DNA from: a virus
UHGV virus genome: UHGV-0199997
DNA: 43,953 bases
Reading direction: 5' to 3' (one strand)
The notes under the pieces are model-generated. The model was not told where the DNA came from. It was given only the letters and a program-made list of their open reading frames with translations, and made no database searches. Made by a program: the position numbers and the translations under genes. Shown here piece after piece: positions 18,376 through 25,975 of the stretch (positions are counted from its first letter, which is position 1; each line of letters starts with the position of its first letter).

Positions 18376-20633
18376 TCCAAATCCTCATCTGTCACCACCA
18401 GCATTTCATTCGGTTCGTATATTGTCTTCGGAATTTTGTTGTCGTTTATACCCCACGGCAGCCGGTACTGCTTAGGTATAGGTCTGTTGTTGCCATCCAG
18501 ACCTGAGACGATAACCCCAGCCTCGTGCATCTCTTCCAGTTTCTTTCTAAGGTCGTTATTGGCGTTAATTGGTACGCCATAACTATCTTCTTTCGCGGCT
18601 TTGACGATAGCCGACATAGAGAACCCTCGCTTATCGTCGCCCTGCTCCTGCAATTTACCCAATGCGTAAATAACCGTAGCCTCTTTGGTGTCCAGTTTCT
18701 CGAACTGGCCTACCTTTTCTTTAACGGCTTCCTTCTGTTCGTCGGTCATACCTTCTACTTTCTTCACGAAGACAGAGAAGGCGTTAAAGTTAACAAAGAC
18801 ATCGATGTGCGGGTTTCCTGCGTCAAAATCGCGGACATCATCACTACTGTACCCTTCCGGAAGACCCATGAAGTTGTGAGTTGGCTCTTTCTTTTTCGGT
18901 GGCTCCGCTATCTGAATCTTCTGTATTACAAATCCTCTGGCTTTCTGCCGTTCTCCGTTTCGGTTCTTTATGTGATACAGGTTTATCCCTAAGTTATTGT
19001 CGTTGTCAGGCTTATGCAGGAACATCCCGTTATCGATGGAGTTGTGAAAGTCACTTCCACCCTTCGGCATCATGCCGTTTTCCGACGGTACTGTTTCGTC
19101 GATGTTTTTAGTCGGGTGCACCATAGCACCTACCGCGGCGTTAAGCGTCGACGCTATTTCGTTAAGTGCCTGCGCCGCTTCTTTCATTGACCTGTTGTCG
19201 TTTTCGTCAAAGCCAGGTATGCAAGTTTGCAGGGTATCAAACGTAACCTTTACAATTTTCTCTTCACCGGCAACACGGCGCATCATTCTCACCACCTGAC
19301 GTCGCCATGCTTCGTCGAGTAAGTTACATCCCTCCGCAACACAATCGATAATGTGCAAGCGGTCCAAGTTATCGCCGAGGGCAATCTGCAAAGATTTTTT
19401 ATGTCGCTCGAACGACCGCACACCTTCACCCGCAAAAATAAACGCATGACCTTCCGCTACCTCAGCCCCGCCGAACGCATATCTTTTTTCGGCAGCAATA
19501 GCGGCGTCAATCGCCATACTAAATGTTGACTTACCGGTATGCGACTTTGCACAAATGTAGAATGATTCGTTAGTCTGCATAAGACCATCTACGACGGAGT
19601 ATGCAGGTTCTTTTTCTAATTCCGGCTCGTCTTCAAGGTCTTCCAGCGTGCAAGTTACAGGTTCCTCGTTCTCTGTGCGGTGCAGTTCTTCAATCTCTTC
19701 ATCAGGTAAATCAGGCAGAGCCGCGCGAATGCTGTTAACGCTGATAGGTTGCTTGTCTACGTTAAGCTCGTCAGGTAGACCACACATACGCAGGGCCAAA
19801 TGCTGCCTACGGTTAAGCTCGGTGCAAGCGCCGTTGTTTGTATGCTGGCAGACAAAGCGCACTTCTTTACCGTCTAGCATGATGCTGGTGGAGCCTTTGC
19901 CTGTGTGCAGATGTTCGTTAGGGCATGGCACTTCGTACCCGCGCCCGGAAGATAAAGCATCAAGCCCAAGCTCGGCTTCGCAGAAATGCGCTATATCTGC
20001 GTTAAGCCCATGCTCATCGGCAGCAAGTGTCTTGGCTTCGCGTTTACGCAACCCCATCTCTTCGGCTTTCTTGATGTACCGCTCGGCACGGATAACACGC
20101 CCCTCTGTAACCGTTATCTTCGACTCTTTATGCGGCAGGTAGATAAGGCGGTTGCCATCTTCTGTGCAGTGGTCACGCAGCGATTCATCTATTTCTAACT
20201 CTGCACAAATAGCCCGTTGCACCATCCACGCATCGTTAGAGTTAAACGGAGTGCGAGCCGGAACCAGAACGCGGAATGCGTAATCCCCGTTTTTACACGC
20301 GTGCTGATGCGATGCCGTTGTGTGCAGAATATTGAAGAACGGCGCGTTCTTGAATTTGCGTGTCAGGTCGCGGTACTGAGTACGGTTGAGATGGTCGAAG
20401 TCGAACTTAACCACACTGTCTTCCAGAATCGCATTCTTACGGCGACCGCCAACAGGAGCAATAGCCTTCTGCTTAATCTTAGCCGCGTCGTATTCTTCCT
20501 TAGTCCACGACGGGTCCACGGACAAACGCTTCGATGTATCGCAGACGTACTCTACAAACTGCTCCAGCGGCATTTCACGTGCTACAGGGTTTTTATCGAA
20601 TGTGTTACGCAGCGTTGCAAAAACAATATTCAT
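18372..20633 (-). CDS. replication protein, primase/helicase-like P-loop NTPase
   Basis: 753 aa; Walker A in AKSHTGKST followed by a RecA-like region; Cys/His-rich segment (CPNEH...CQHTNNGAC) in the N-terminal half. Confidence 0.65.
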   Translation of the reverse strand: MNIVFATLRNTFDKNPVAREMPLEQFVEYVCDTSKRLSVDPSWTKEEYDAAKIKQKAIAPVGGRRKNAILEDSVVKFDFDHLNRTQYRDLTRKFKNAPFFNILHTTASHQHACKNGDYAFRVLVPARTPFNSNDAWMVQRAICAELEIDESLRDHCTEDGNRLIYLPHKESKITVTEGRVIRAERYIKKAEEMGLRKREAKTLAADEHGLNADIAHFCEAELGLDALSSGRGYEVPCPNEHLHTGKGSTSIMLDGKEVRFVCQHTNNGACTELNRRQHLALRMCGLPDELNVDKQPISVNSIRAALPDLPDEEIEELHRTENEEPVTCTLEDLEDEPELEKEPAYSVVDGLMQTNESFYICAKSHTGKSTFSMAIDAAIAAEKRYAFGGAEVAEGHAFIFAGEGVRSFERHKKSLQIALGDNLDRLHIIDCVAEGCNLLDEAWRRQVVRMMRRVAGEEKIVKVTFDTLQTCIPGFDENDNRSMKEAAQALNEIASTLNAAVGAMVHPTKNIDETVPSENGMMPKGGSDFHNSIDNGMFLHKPDNDNNLGINLYHIKNRNGERQKARGFVIQKIQIAEPPKKKEPTHNFMGLPEGYSSDDVRDFDAGNPHIDVFVNFNAFSVFVKKVEGMTDEQKEAVKEKVGQFEKLDTKEATVIYALGKLQEQGDDKRGFSMSAIVKAAKEDSYGVPINANNDLRKKLEEMHEAGVIVSGLDGNNRPIPKQYRLPWGINDNKIPKTIYEPNEMLVVTDEDLE

Positions 20634-20758
20634 TTCTTTTTCTCCGCACGTTCTAAGGCTTCCTGCATACGACGCATTGCGCGGTTCATCTTTACCGGTG
20701 CGAAGAAATCAGCGCCGTGTTTCTGGCGGCGTAGCTGTGGAACTATTAACTTCGTCAT
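20630..20758 (-). CDS. small basic protein (42 aa), not in the ORF track
   Basis: MTKLIVPQLRRQKHGADFFAPVKMNRAMRRMQEALERAEKKK; RBS AAGGA 7 nt before the ATG; its stop overlaps the ATG of the downstream gene (ATGA). Confidence 0.4.
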   Translation of the reverse strand: MTKLIVPQLRRQKHGADFFAPVKMNRAMRRMQEALERAEKKK

Positions 20759-20826
20759 TGTATAATCCTTGTGCTTACTTTGATGATTTGTACTTTAACC
20801 CCGACGTTCTGGCGTTGGGGTTTCTT

Positions 20827-21039
20827 TTATTTATCGCCTGCAAACCACGCGTGCGCAGAATCATAGAAACGACATTTACTTAACATGTCTACCGGCATCT
20901 TAATAATGCGCGTCGGTTCCGACAAATGATTAGGTTTACATATTTCTGCATAGAATCCGCTGTCGGTAATTTCTGACGCAAACTTAAACCAGTATTTAAC
21001 TTTACCGTTCTCAAAGTAACAACCCATACGCCCAATCAT
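20827..21039 (-). CDS. hypothetical protein (70 aa)
   Basis: ORF with ATGA coupling to the upstream HTH gene. Confidence 0.45.
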   Translation of the reverse strand: MIGRMGCYFENGKVKYWFKFASEITDSGFYAEICKPNHLSEPTRIIKMPVDMLSKCRFYDSAHAWFAGDK

Positions 21040-21218
21040 TTCACGTTCTCCTTAATCCACGCTTCAACTTTATTACGGTCAAATGTTCCAGGTAAACGGC
21101 GGCCCATAACCTTAATACAACAGTCGGGGAATTTACCACTGCGTAACCAGTTATTAATTGTCTGACGTGTCACCCCAATACGTTCTGCTACTTCATTCTG
21201 GGTCATGTAATGTTGCAT
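21036..21218 (-). CDS. small HTH DNA-binding protein (AlpA/excisionase-like fold)
   Basis: MTQNEVAERIGVTRQTINNWLRSGKFP helix-turn-helix; ATG 21218 with RBS AGGAG; divergent from the early rightward operon. The track start is 21290. Confidence 0.55.
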   Translation of the reverse strand: MQHYMTQNEVAERIGVTRQTINNWLRSGKFPDCCIKVMGRRLPGTFDRNKVEAWIKENVK

Positions 21219-21325
21219 TTTTATATCTCCTGTTTGTTTAGTGAAGCCAAGTATAGGATAGCGTGAATGTAAAAGCAACCAAAACACCACACAAAGTTAC
21301 TAAGATACAAAAGATGCTACTGGTA

Positions 21326-21470
21326 TTGACTTTTACTAAGAAATATGCTAAGCTCGTCCTGAGCTTGTGAAGTATGAACAAGCGACCGCGGTGCGCGGCA
21401 GGCGAAACGAGCACGTCTCGACGTGTGGAGTGAGTCTCGCTGGCGCATTCGGAAGGGCCATAGTCTATTG
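21326..21470 (+). promoter_or_regulatory. promoter (TTGACT-N17-TAAGCT) plus conserved leader element, copy 1
   Basis: -35 at 21326-21331 and -10 at 21349-21354; 34-nt block identical to copy 2 at 21358-21391 containing a perfect hairpin GCTTGT-N9-ACAAGC; second conserved block at 21448-21470. Confidence 0.5.
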
Positions 21471-21541
21471 TTATTCCCGCCTAAGTATCTAAGTTACTGA
21501 TTTGACGTAGGTTAGAACCGCAAGCTCACTCACTCACTCTT

Positions 21542-21573
21542 GGTGCCTTCGGCACCCCGTTCGTTTCGTTTCG
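21542..21573 (+). terminator. hairpin with U-rich tail (weak terminator) closing the copy 1 leader
   Basis: GGTGCC-TTC-GGCACC followed by CCGTTCGTTTCGTTTCG. Confidence 0.35.
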
Positions 21574-21623
21574 CTCGCTACCCTATTACACGAAAGAATC
21601 ACAACGGCAACGTAACTATTCTC

Positions 21624-21659
21624 TTGCACACCCCAATATAATAGGATACTATTCACTTA
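21624..21659 (+). promoter_or_regulatory. conserved promoter element (TTGCAC-N17-TACTATTCACTTA)
   Basis: One of at least five near-identical ~36-bp elements, each 25-40 bp upstream of an RBS and start codon; this one precedes the gene at 21687. Confidence 0.5.
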
Positions 21660-21686
21660 TCGAAACGAGACAGAGGAGTGAGGGTT

Positions 21687-21878
21687 ATGTTTAAAAAGGG
21701 TCAGTTGGTTAAATGCGCCGACGGTAAACACGGTGTGATTGAATTAAAATCCGCTTTATTTCCGGGAGAGTACGTAGTTACTGTGCAAAAGGTGAGAGGA
21801 GTAAATTCGGTGGTATACGTAGCGGAAGAGAATTTAAAGCTAATCGGCAACAATTTTAAATTCAAAGGGGCGAAGTGA
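21687..21878 (+). CDS. hypothetical early protein
   Basis: RBS GAGGAGTGAGGG before ATG 21687; first gene of the rightward early operon. Confidence 0.55.
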   Translation: MFKKGQLVKCADGKHGVIELKSALFPGEYVVTVQKVRGVNSVVYVAEENLKLIGNNFKFKGAK

Positions 21879-22084
21879 TGGACGAATTATTCGAAGAACT
21901 GAAACATCATAAACTGGAGAAAGTGCATTTCCAGGTAAACAGATACGAGGTTATTTTATTCGACGGCCCAACTATTTCTTCCGGGGTATGGAAGGACCTG
22001 CTAAAAGTTTTACGTGCGCTACGAACGGCATCGAATCATGATGCCAGTGCCGACGACTCTGAGGGAGTTGCCGTTAATGAATAA
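21875..22084 (+). CDS. hypothetical protein
   Basis: GTG 21875 or ATG 21878, overlapping the upstream stop. Confidence 0.45.
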   Translation: MMDELFEELKHHKLEKVHFQVNRYEVILFDGPTISSGVWKDLLKVLRALRTASNHDASADDSEGVAVNE

Positions 22085-22343
22085 CGCTGAACTGGAAAAA
22101 GTCTCCGACACTCTTCATAAGGTACGGGTCATGCGTCGGGGTGCTGGGCTGGAGCAGTTTTATAACATGTGGCGCACCGCGACGCGCGACCATGAGTTTC
22201 TGCGAACAGGTTATTATTTCACTAAAGGCATTATCCCGATTCGCGCACGCGGGGATTACGGATGGGTTCGCGAGACACCTAATCTTATGTGGTGCTGGTA
22301 CTGCGGTGAGTTCTGGGTGCACGTTAAAGAGAAGATGGGGTGA
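22077..22343 (+). CDS. hypothetical protein
   Basis: ATG 22077 inside track ORF 22014-22343, overlapping the end of the upstream gene. Confidence 0.45.
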   Translation: MNNAELEKVSDTLHKVRVMRRGAGLEQFYNMWRTATRDHEFLRTGYYFTKGIIPIRARGDYGWVRETPNLMWCWYCGEFWVHVKEKMG

Positions 22344-22346
22344 GTT

Positions 22347-22601
22347 ATGAGAGAAGCATTCGAACGGTGGGCCGTCGTCGATGGTCTGCCGGTTAACAAG
22401 GGTTCGAAGAAAGAGTACCTGAACGTTAAGACGCGTCTCGCGTGGCGGGCGTGGAAAGCTGGTGTGCAGTACAAATCTCGTGCTGACGAAGTGCTGCTCT
22501 CGCGTTCATACAAGAATCAGACACATGAAGCGTTAAAATGCGATTCTCCGAAGTCTGATGAATCGATCTTAGATATGCTATCTACTTACTCAGAAAGGTA
22601 A
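22347..22601 (+). CDS. hypothetical protein
   Basis: ATG 22347 close after the upstream stop. Confidence 0.5.
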   Translation: MREAFERWAVVDGLPVNKGSKKEYLNVKTRLAWRAWKAGVQYKSRADEVLLSRSYKNQTHEALKCDSPKSDESILDMLSTYSER

Positions 22602-22644
22602 GTGGAAAGCTGGTGTGTTGTTTATCGCGAATCAGAGGTGAGAT

Positions 22645-22848
22645 ATGGGTAAGTGGATTAAGTGTAGTGAGCGGATGCCAGACCATGGCCAGCCAGTTTT
22701 GGTTGTCAGTAGTATGGGTGGTGTGGTCCAGAACAATGTGTACGAGTGGGATGGGGTAACTTGGTGTGATTTCCGGGCGGACTACGGGGAACACGTGCAG
22801 GAAGTGTTTTCTCACTGGATGCCATTACCTGAGCCACCAGAAGTGTGA
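22645..22848 (+). CDS. DUF551-like small protein
   Basis: MGKWIKCSERMPDHGQPVLVV matches the recalled DUF551 N-terminal pattern (W-I-x-x-x-E-R-x-P ... V-L-V). Confidence 0.5.
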   Translation: MGKWIKCSERMPDHGQPVLVVSSMGGVVQNNVYEWDGVTWCDFRADYGEHVQEVFSHWMPLPEPPEV

Positions 22849-22881
22849 TGTTCAATAGTTTGGGATTTTACTGAGTGACTT

Positions 22882-22915
22882 ACGCTGCTACACAGCAGCG
22901 TATCATTTTTCTCAT
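22882..22915 (+). terminator. rho-independent terminator
   Basis: ACGCTGCT-ACAC-AGCAGCGT hairpin followed by ATCATTTTTCTCATTTTT. Confidence 0.65.
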
Positions 22916-22972
22916 TTTTGTTCTATTTCACCAAACGCAACAATCGAAGCGACTATTGAAGGAGATGCAACA

Positions 22973-23143
22973 ATGAAACTTAATGACATCGTAACCTGGA
23001 CCGGTAGAAACGGAGAAAAGCGATTCGGGCTTATTGTTGCATCAAACGGCAACAAGTACCGTGTTATGCGATGGCGTCAGTGGGCGCGACGCCCGAGGCA
23101 CTACTGGATTAGTAGCGAACGATTATCTTTAAAACACCAATAA
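22973..23143 (+). CDS. small protein (56 aa), not in the ORF track
   Basis: RBS GAAGGAGA before the ATG; MKLNDIVTWTGRNGEKRFGLIVASNGNKYRVMRWRQWARRPRHYWISSERLSLKHQ. Confidence 0.4.
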   Translation: MKLNDIVTWTGRNGEKRFGLIVASNGNKYRVMRWRQWARRPRHYWISSERLSLKHQ

Positions 23144-23150
23144 AATTTAC

Positions 23151-23186
23151 TTGCACGCTAAGATAGAATAGGCTACTATTCACTTA
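23151..23186 (+). promoter_or_regulatory. conserved promoter element (TTGCAC-N17-TACTATTCACTTA)
   Basis: Same element family as 21624-21659; precedes RBS GAGAGGAGAG and ATG 23211. Confidence 0.5.
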
Positions 23187-23210
23187 CACAAACGAGAGGA
23201 GAGACAGAAT

Positions 23211-23351
23211 ATGATTCCCGCAGCAACTTGGATGGAAGGGTATAGGTCCTGGACTTTAGGCGAACTGGTTGATGCTTACGAGATACTAGGCAGCACTTCG
23301 GTGTGTAACGGCGACACGAAAGTGATAACAATGGGGTTTGATGATGAGTAA
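23211..23351 (+). CDS. small protein (46 aa), not in the ORF track
   Basis: MIPAATWMEGYRSWTLGELVDAYEILGSTSVCNGDTKVITMGFDDE; promoter element and RBS directly upstream. Confidence 0.35.
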   Translation: MIPAATWMEGYRSWTLGELVDAYEILGSTSVCNGDTKVITMGFDDE

Positions 23352-24012
23352 CAAAAACGAAGTATTCGAGTACCTGATTGACCAGCTACGGCAGCAGCTA
23401 CCTGTCGTAGATGTAATGGGTGAGATTGAACGGTGGAGTATCGACCGTAGTATTGCTGGCCGCGGTAACTATACCGACGAGGAAAACGTCATAATCGATG
23501 CTTACATCGGCCTGGAGCACAACACATACAAGCAACAGTGCGAAGACCTGGCACAAGAGGTACAGTCACTCAAGAATCAGTTACGTGATGCGTCTGCACA
23601 GATTAAGGAGTTGCAGGAAGACAACATTAGGAAATCCGAGCACATATCACATATGACCGGGCAATCGTCCGCATATCGTAATGACGCGTTGCGCTTTCAA
23701 GCGCAAGTTGATGACCTGGTAAAACGACTGGCTACCGCTACCGGTGACGTGGAGGCGTACAAACTTATCCGCAAAGGCGGCTACATTTCTGGTGGTCAGC
23801 GATACGTAGTAGGTGAACACGGACCTGAGCAATCTGGTTGCCGCAAAGAAGATACACAAGAATGCAACCATACCTGGAGATTCGTTAATGGTAAGGCTCC
23901 CGCCGTTTGTATTAATTGCGGCGTGACTAAATCCAGCGAGTGTGAACACGAATGGCAATTTTACGGAGTAGGGTTTCCGTGTATGTGCATTAAATGCGGG
24001 CTGAAGAAATGA
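23341..24012 (+). CDS. hypothetical protein with coiled-coil centre and C-terminal Cys-rich zinc-ribbon-like region
   Basis: C-terminal CNHTW...CINCG...CEHEW...CMCIKCG; the track start is TTG 23338. Confidence 0.5.
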   Translation: MMSNKNEVFEYLIDQLRQQLPVVDVMGEIERWSIDRSIAGRGNYTDEENVIIDAYIGLEHNTYKQQCEDLAQEVQSLKNQLRDASAQIKELQEDNIRKSEHISHMTGQSSAYRNDALRFQAQVDDLVKRLATATGDVEAYKLIRKGGYISGGQRYVVGEHGPEQSGCRKEDTQECNHTWRFVNGKAPAVCINCGVTKSSECEHEWQFYGVGFPCMCIKCGLKK

Positions 24013-24212
24013 CCAGCGTCTTATTCATCTGGGTACTGTCCGCAGGCCAGATGCAACTGGCGGCATCAGAAACGTTCTATTCGATGGAGGCGTGCCAGTC
24101 AGCGGCACGCGCCGCAGAGAACGCGCACTTTCTGTTTCAGGGCGACAAGCCCATCGATTCAGAGGTACGCGCTATCTGCTCACCTAAGCGACTTGGTAAA
24201 CAGGAGAAGTGA
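24009..24212 (+). CDS. hypothetical protein with hydrophobic N-terminus
   Basis: ATGA overlap start; N-terminal MTSVLFIWVLSAGQMQLAAS is signal-peptide or TM-like. Confidence 0.45.
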   Translation: MTSVLFIWVLSAGQMQLAASETFYSMEACQSAARAAENAHFLFQGDKPIDSEVRAICSPKRLGKQEK

Positions 24213-24214
24213 TT

Positions 24215-24421
24215 ATGGTGCAGAGATATTTATTACAAGGCGGTTTAATTGGACCGCACGATGCAGGTGATTGGGTTGGCTATGAAGATTACGCAAAACT
24301 TGAGGCCGCCGTTATCGCATTACTTGCGGACATAAACCGACGCTACCCTGGAGAAGGGTTTAAGTGTCCGTTAATACTTAAACTCGCGGAGATTGTGGAA
24401 CATGTGGAAGGGGTGGAGTGA
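24215..24421 (+). CDS. hypothetical protein (MVQRY paralog A)
   Basis: RBS AGGAGA before ATG 24215; shares the N-terminal MVQRY and a YxxYxKLEA motif with the next gene. Confidence 0.5.
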   Translation: MVQRYLLQGGLIGPHDAGDWVGYEDYAKLEAAVIALLADINRRYPGEGFKCPLILKLAEIVEHVEGVE

Positions 24422-24615
24422 TGGTACAGAGGTACGAGGCAAACGCGTGGGGTCTGCCGGAGCCTGAGATGGCTGAGTACGCGTACGGCGATTACGTAGA
24501 ATATGACGCTTATCTGAAACTCGAAGCAAAGTTACGTGAATTCGCTGAACAGGTAATGTACGCACCTTGTTCGAAAGTTACAGAAGAAATGGCCCGCGAG
24601 ATTCTCGGAATATGA
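24421..24615 (+). CDS. hypothetical protein (MVQRY paralog B)
   Basis: Tandem paralog of 24215-24421 (MVQRYEANAWG...YDAYLKLEAK). Confidence 0.5.
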   Translation: MVQRYEANAWGLPEPEMAEYAYGDYVEYDAYLKLEAKLREFAEQVMYAPCSKVTEEMAREILGI

Positions 24616-24752
24616 GCCTCGCAACTGACATCCTGAAACGAAGCGGCCTCGCTCCGCTGTCTCCGAGAGCGAAGACCCGGATACACAAGCGCCGCCGTAA
24701 CGCGCTGTTCCCGGAGATACAAGAACGCCGTAAAGCTATCCGCGCCTGTTGA
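24612..24752 (+). CDS. small basic protein (46 aa)
   Basis: ATGA overlap with the upstream stop; Arg/Lys-rich. Confidence 0.3.
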   Translation: MSLATDILKRSGLAPLSPRAKTRIHKRRRNALFPEIQERRKAIRAC

Positions 24753-24901
24753 TTCCAGAACGGGAAGGCCGTGAATCTTGGTGAGTTTAAAACACAGGAA
24801 CGCGCAGCTATCGCTAATCGACTATTTAACTACTGGAAATCGCTGGGGTACGAGGATATTCCGACGAAACCTCAGAGACGACAATACATCTGGAGACACA
24901 A

Positions 24902-25342
24902 ATGACGACTATCGCGTTCGACGGAAAGACAATGGCATGTGACACGCGTGTTGTGTGCGGGAGTAACTGTTACAACACAGACACAAAGATATACGAGAAT
25001 GATTTTGCTGTTATCGGGGTGGCTGGCGATGCCGGAGTCGGAACTATGCTTATCGATTGTCCGTATATCCTCCAGGCCAGACACTATGACTTCGATTTCG
25101 AAGCCCTGGTGTTCGTGAAAGATACAGAAAAAGTGTATAAAGTCGCGTTTTATAAATCGTGGGATTGTGCACTAAGTTCGGTTATCCCTGTTGCCGATAG
25201 CTTTGCCGCCGTTGGTTCCGGTTCTCCTTATGCACTGGCGGCCATGGAATGTGGATATTCAGCACATGGAGGTGTGGCCGTTGCCTCGAAGTTCGACACT
25301 AACACGGGCGGCAAGATTATTACCAAACAACTATTAGGATAA
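24902..25342 (+). CDS. HslV-like Ntn-hydrolase (proteasome beta-type peptidase homolog)
   Basis: N-terminal MTTIAFDG (Thr2 nucleophile after Met removal), ...FAVIGVAGD..., and GSGSPYALAAME matching the HslV GSGGxYAxAA region. Confidence 0.6.
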   Translation: MTTIAFDGKTMACDTRVVCGSNCYNTDTKIYENDFAVIGVAGDAGVGTMLIDCPYILQARHYDFDFEALVFVKDTEKVYKVAFYKSWDCALSSVIPVADSFAAVGSGSPYALAAMECGYSAHGGVAVASKFDTNTGGKIITKQLLG

Positions 25343-25401
25343 ATCCTACCCGTGGTATCCTCCAGTTACTGCATACTTAATACGCACCTGGAGGATTCAT
25401 C

Positions 25402-25710
25402 TTGGATAAATTTACCGAAACAGTGACAGGCTGGCTTCTCGCTGCCGCACTCGCCGGAGGGGTCATCGGACTACGACAACATAAGTCCGTTATTTCTGGC
25501 CCTATCGACGGCTTCTGCTTTATCGCAACCGGCTTCACTTGCGCCGTATTTGGTGCGCCTCTTGCCGCCCAATGGTTTGGCATTACCGGGGAGCGTGAAA
25601 TCGCTGGCCTCGGATTTATCATCGCTGTCCTCTGGATGCCCATCTATTCCCGCCTTTCTGGCATCGTCGCCGGAGAATACATCGCACGTCGAGGAGGCTC
25701 GGATGAATGA
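25402..25710 (+). CDS. putative holin
   Basis: 102 aa with 2-3 predicted TM helices and a charged C-terminus; RBS GGAGG before TTG 25402; just upstream of the endolysin. Confidence 0.5.
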   Translation: MDKFTETVTGWLLAAALAGGVIGLRQHKSVISGPIDGFCFIATGFTCAVFGAPLAAQWFGITGEREIAGLGFIIAVLWMPIYSRLSGIVAGEYIARRGGSDE

Positions 25711-25975
25711 GCTATTCTGGTTCGGCGGTATGCTGGCAATCGGTGGCGCATCGCTGTTTAATGTGTATCATCCCAGCGTTGACGACGGGTTATTTGGTCG
25801 GGTGCTCTATATCCTGACCGCTATTGTCTGCGCCGCCGGGTGTATCCACCTGTTACAGGGCAGCATGTCACCTACGTTGCCCGAGACGTTAATCACATTA
25901 GTCGCGCTGCGTCAGATTCGTCAGGCGTGGCTGTCGTACGGAGGACATAAGCGTGTCTCGAAATATTTCAGATAA
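25703..25975 (+). CDS. small membrane protein (second holin/antiholin-like)
   Basis: RBS GAGGAGG before ATG 25703; two hydrophobic helices; overlaps the holin 3' end and the endolysin 5' end. Confidence 0.45.
   Translation: MNELFWFGGMLAIGGASLFNVYHPSVDDGLFGRVLYILTAIVCAAGCIHLLQGSMSPTLPETLITLVALRQIRQAWLSYGGHKRVSKYFR

Noticed and set aside
21372-21430. Short peptide ORFs inside the conserved leader (MNKRPR...).
   Set aside because: No RBS, and the two copies encode different peptides after 6 residues while the nucleotide sequence is conserved, pointing to an RNA/DNA-level element.
21525-21540. Short tandem repeat (CTCA) x3-4, considered as a possible CRISPR-like or iteron array.
   Set aside because: Only about 16 bp with no spacer structure; no CRISPR array exists anywhere in the window.
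24771-24905. 44-aa GTG-initiated ORF upstream of the HslV-like gene.
   Set aside because: GTG start with an RBS only 3 nt upstream; kept only as a weak possibility.
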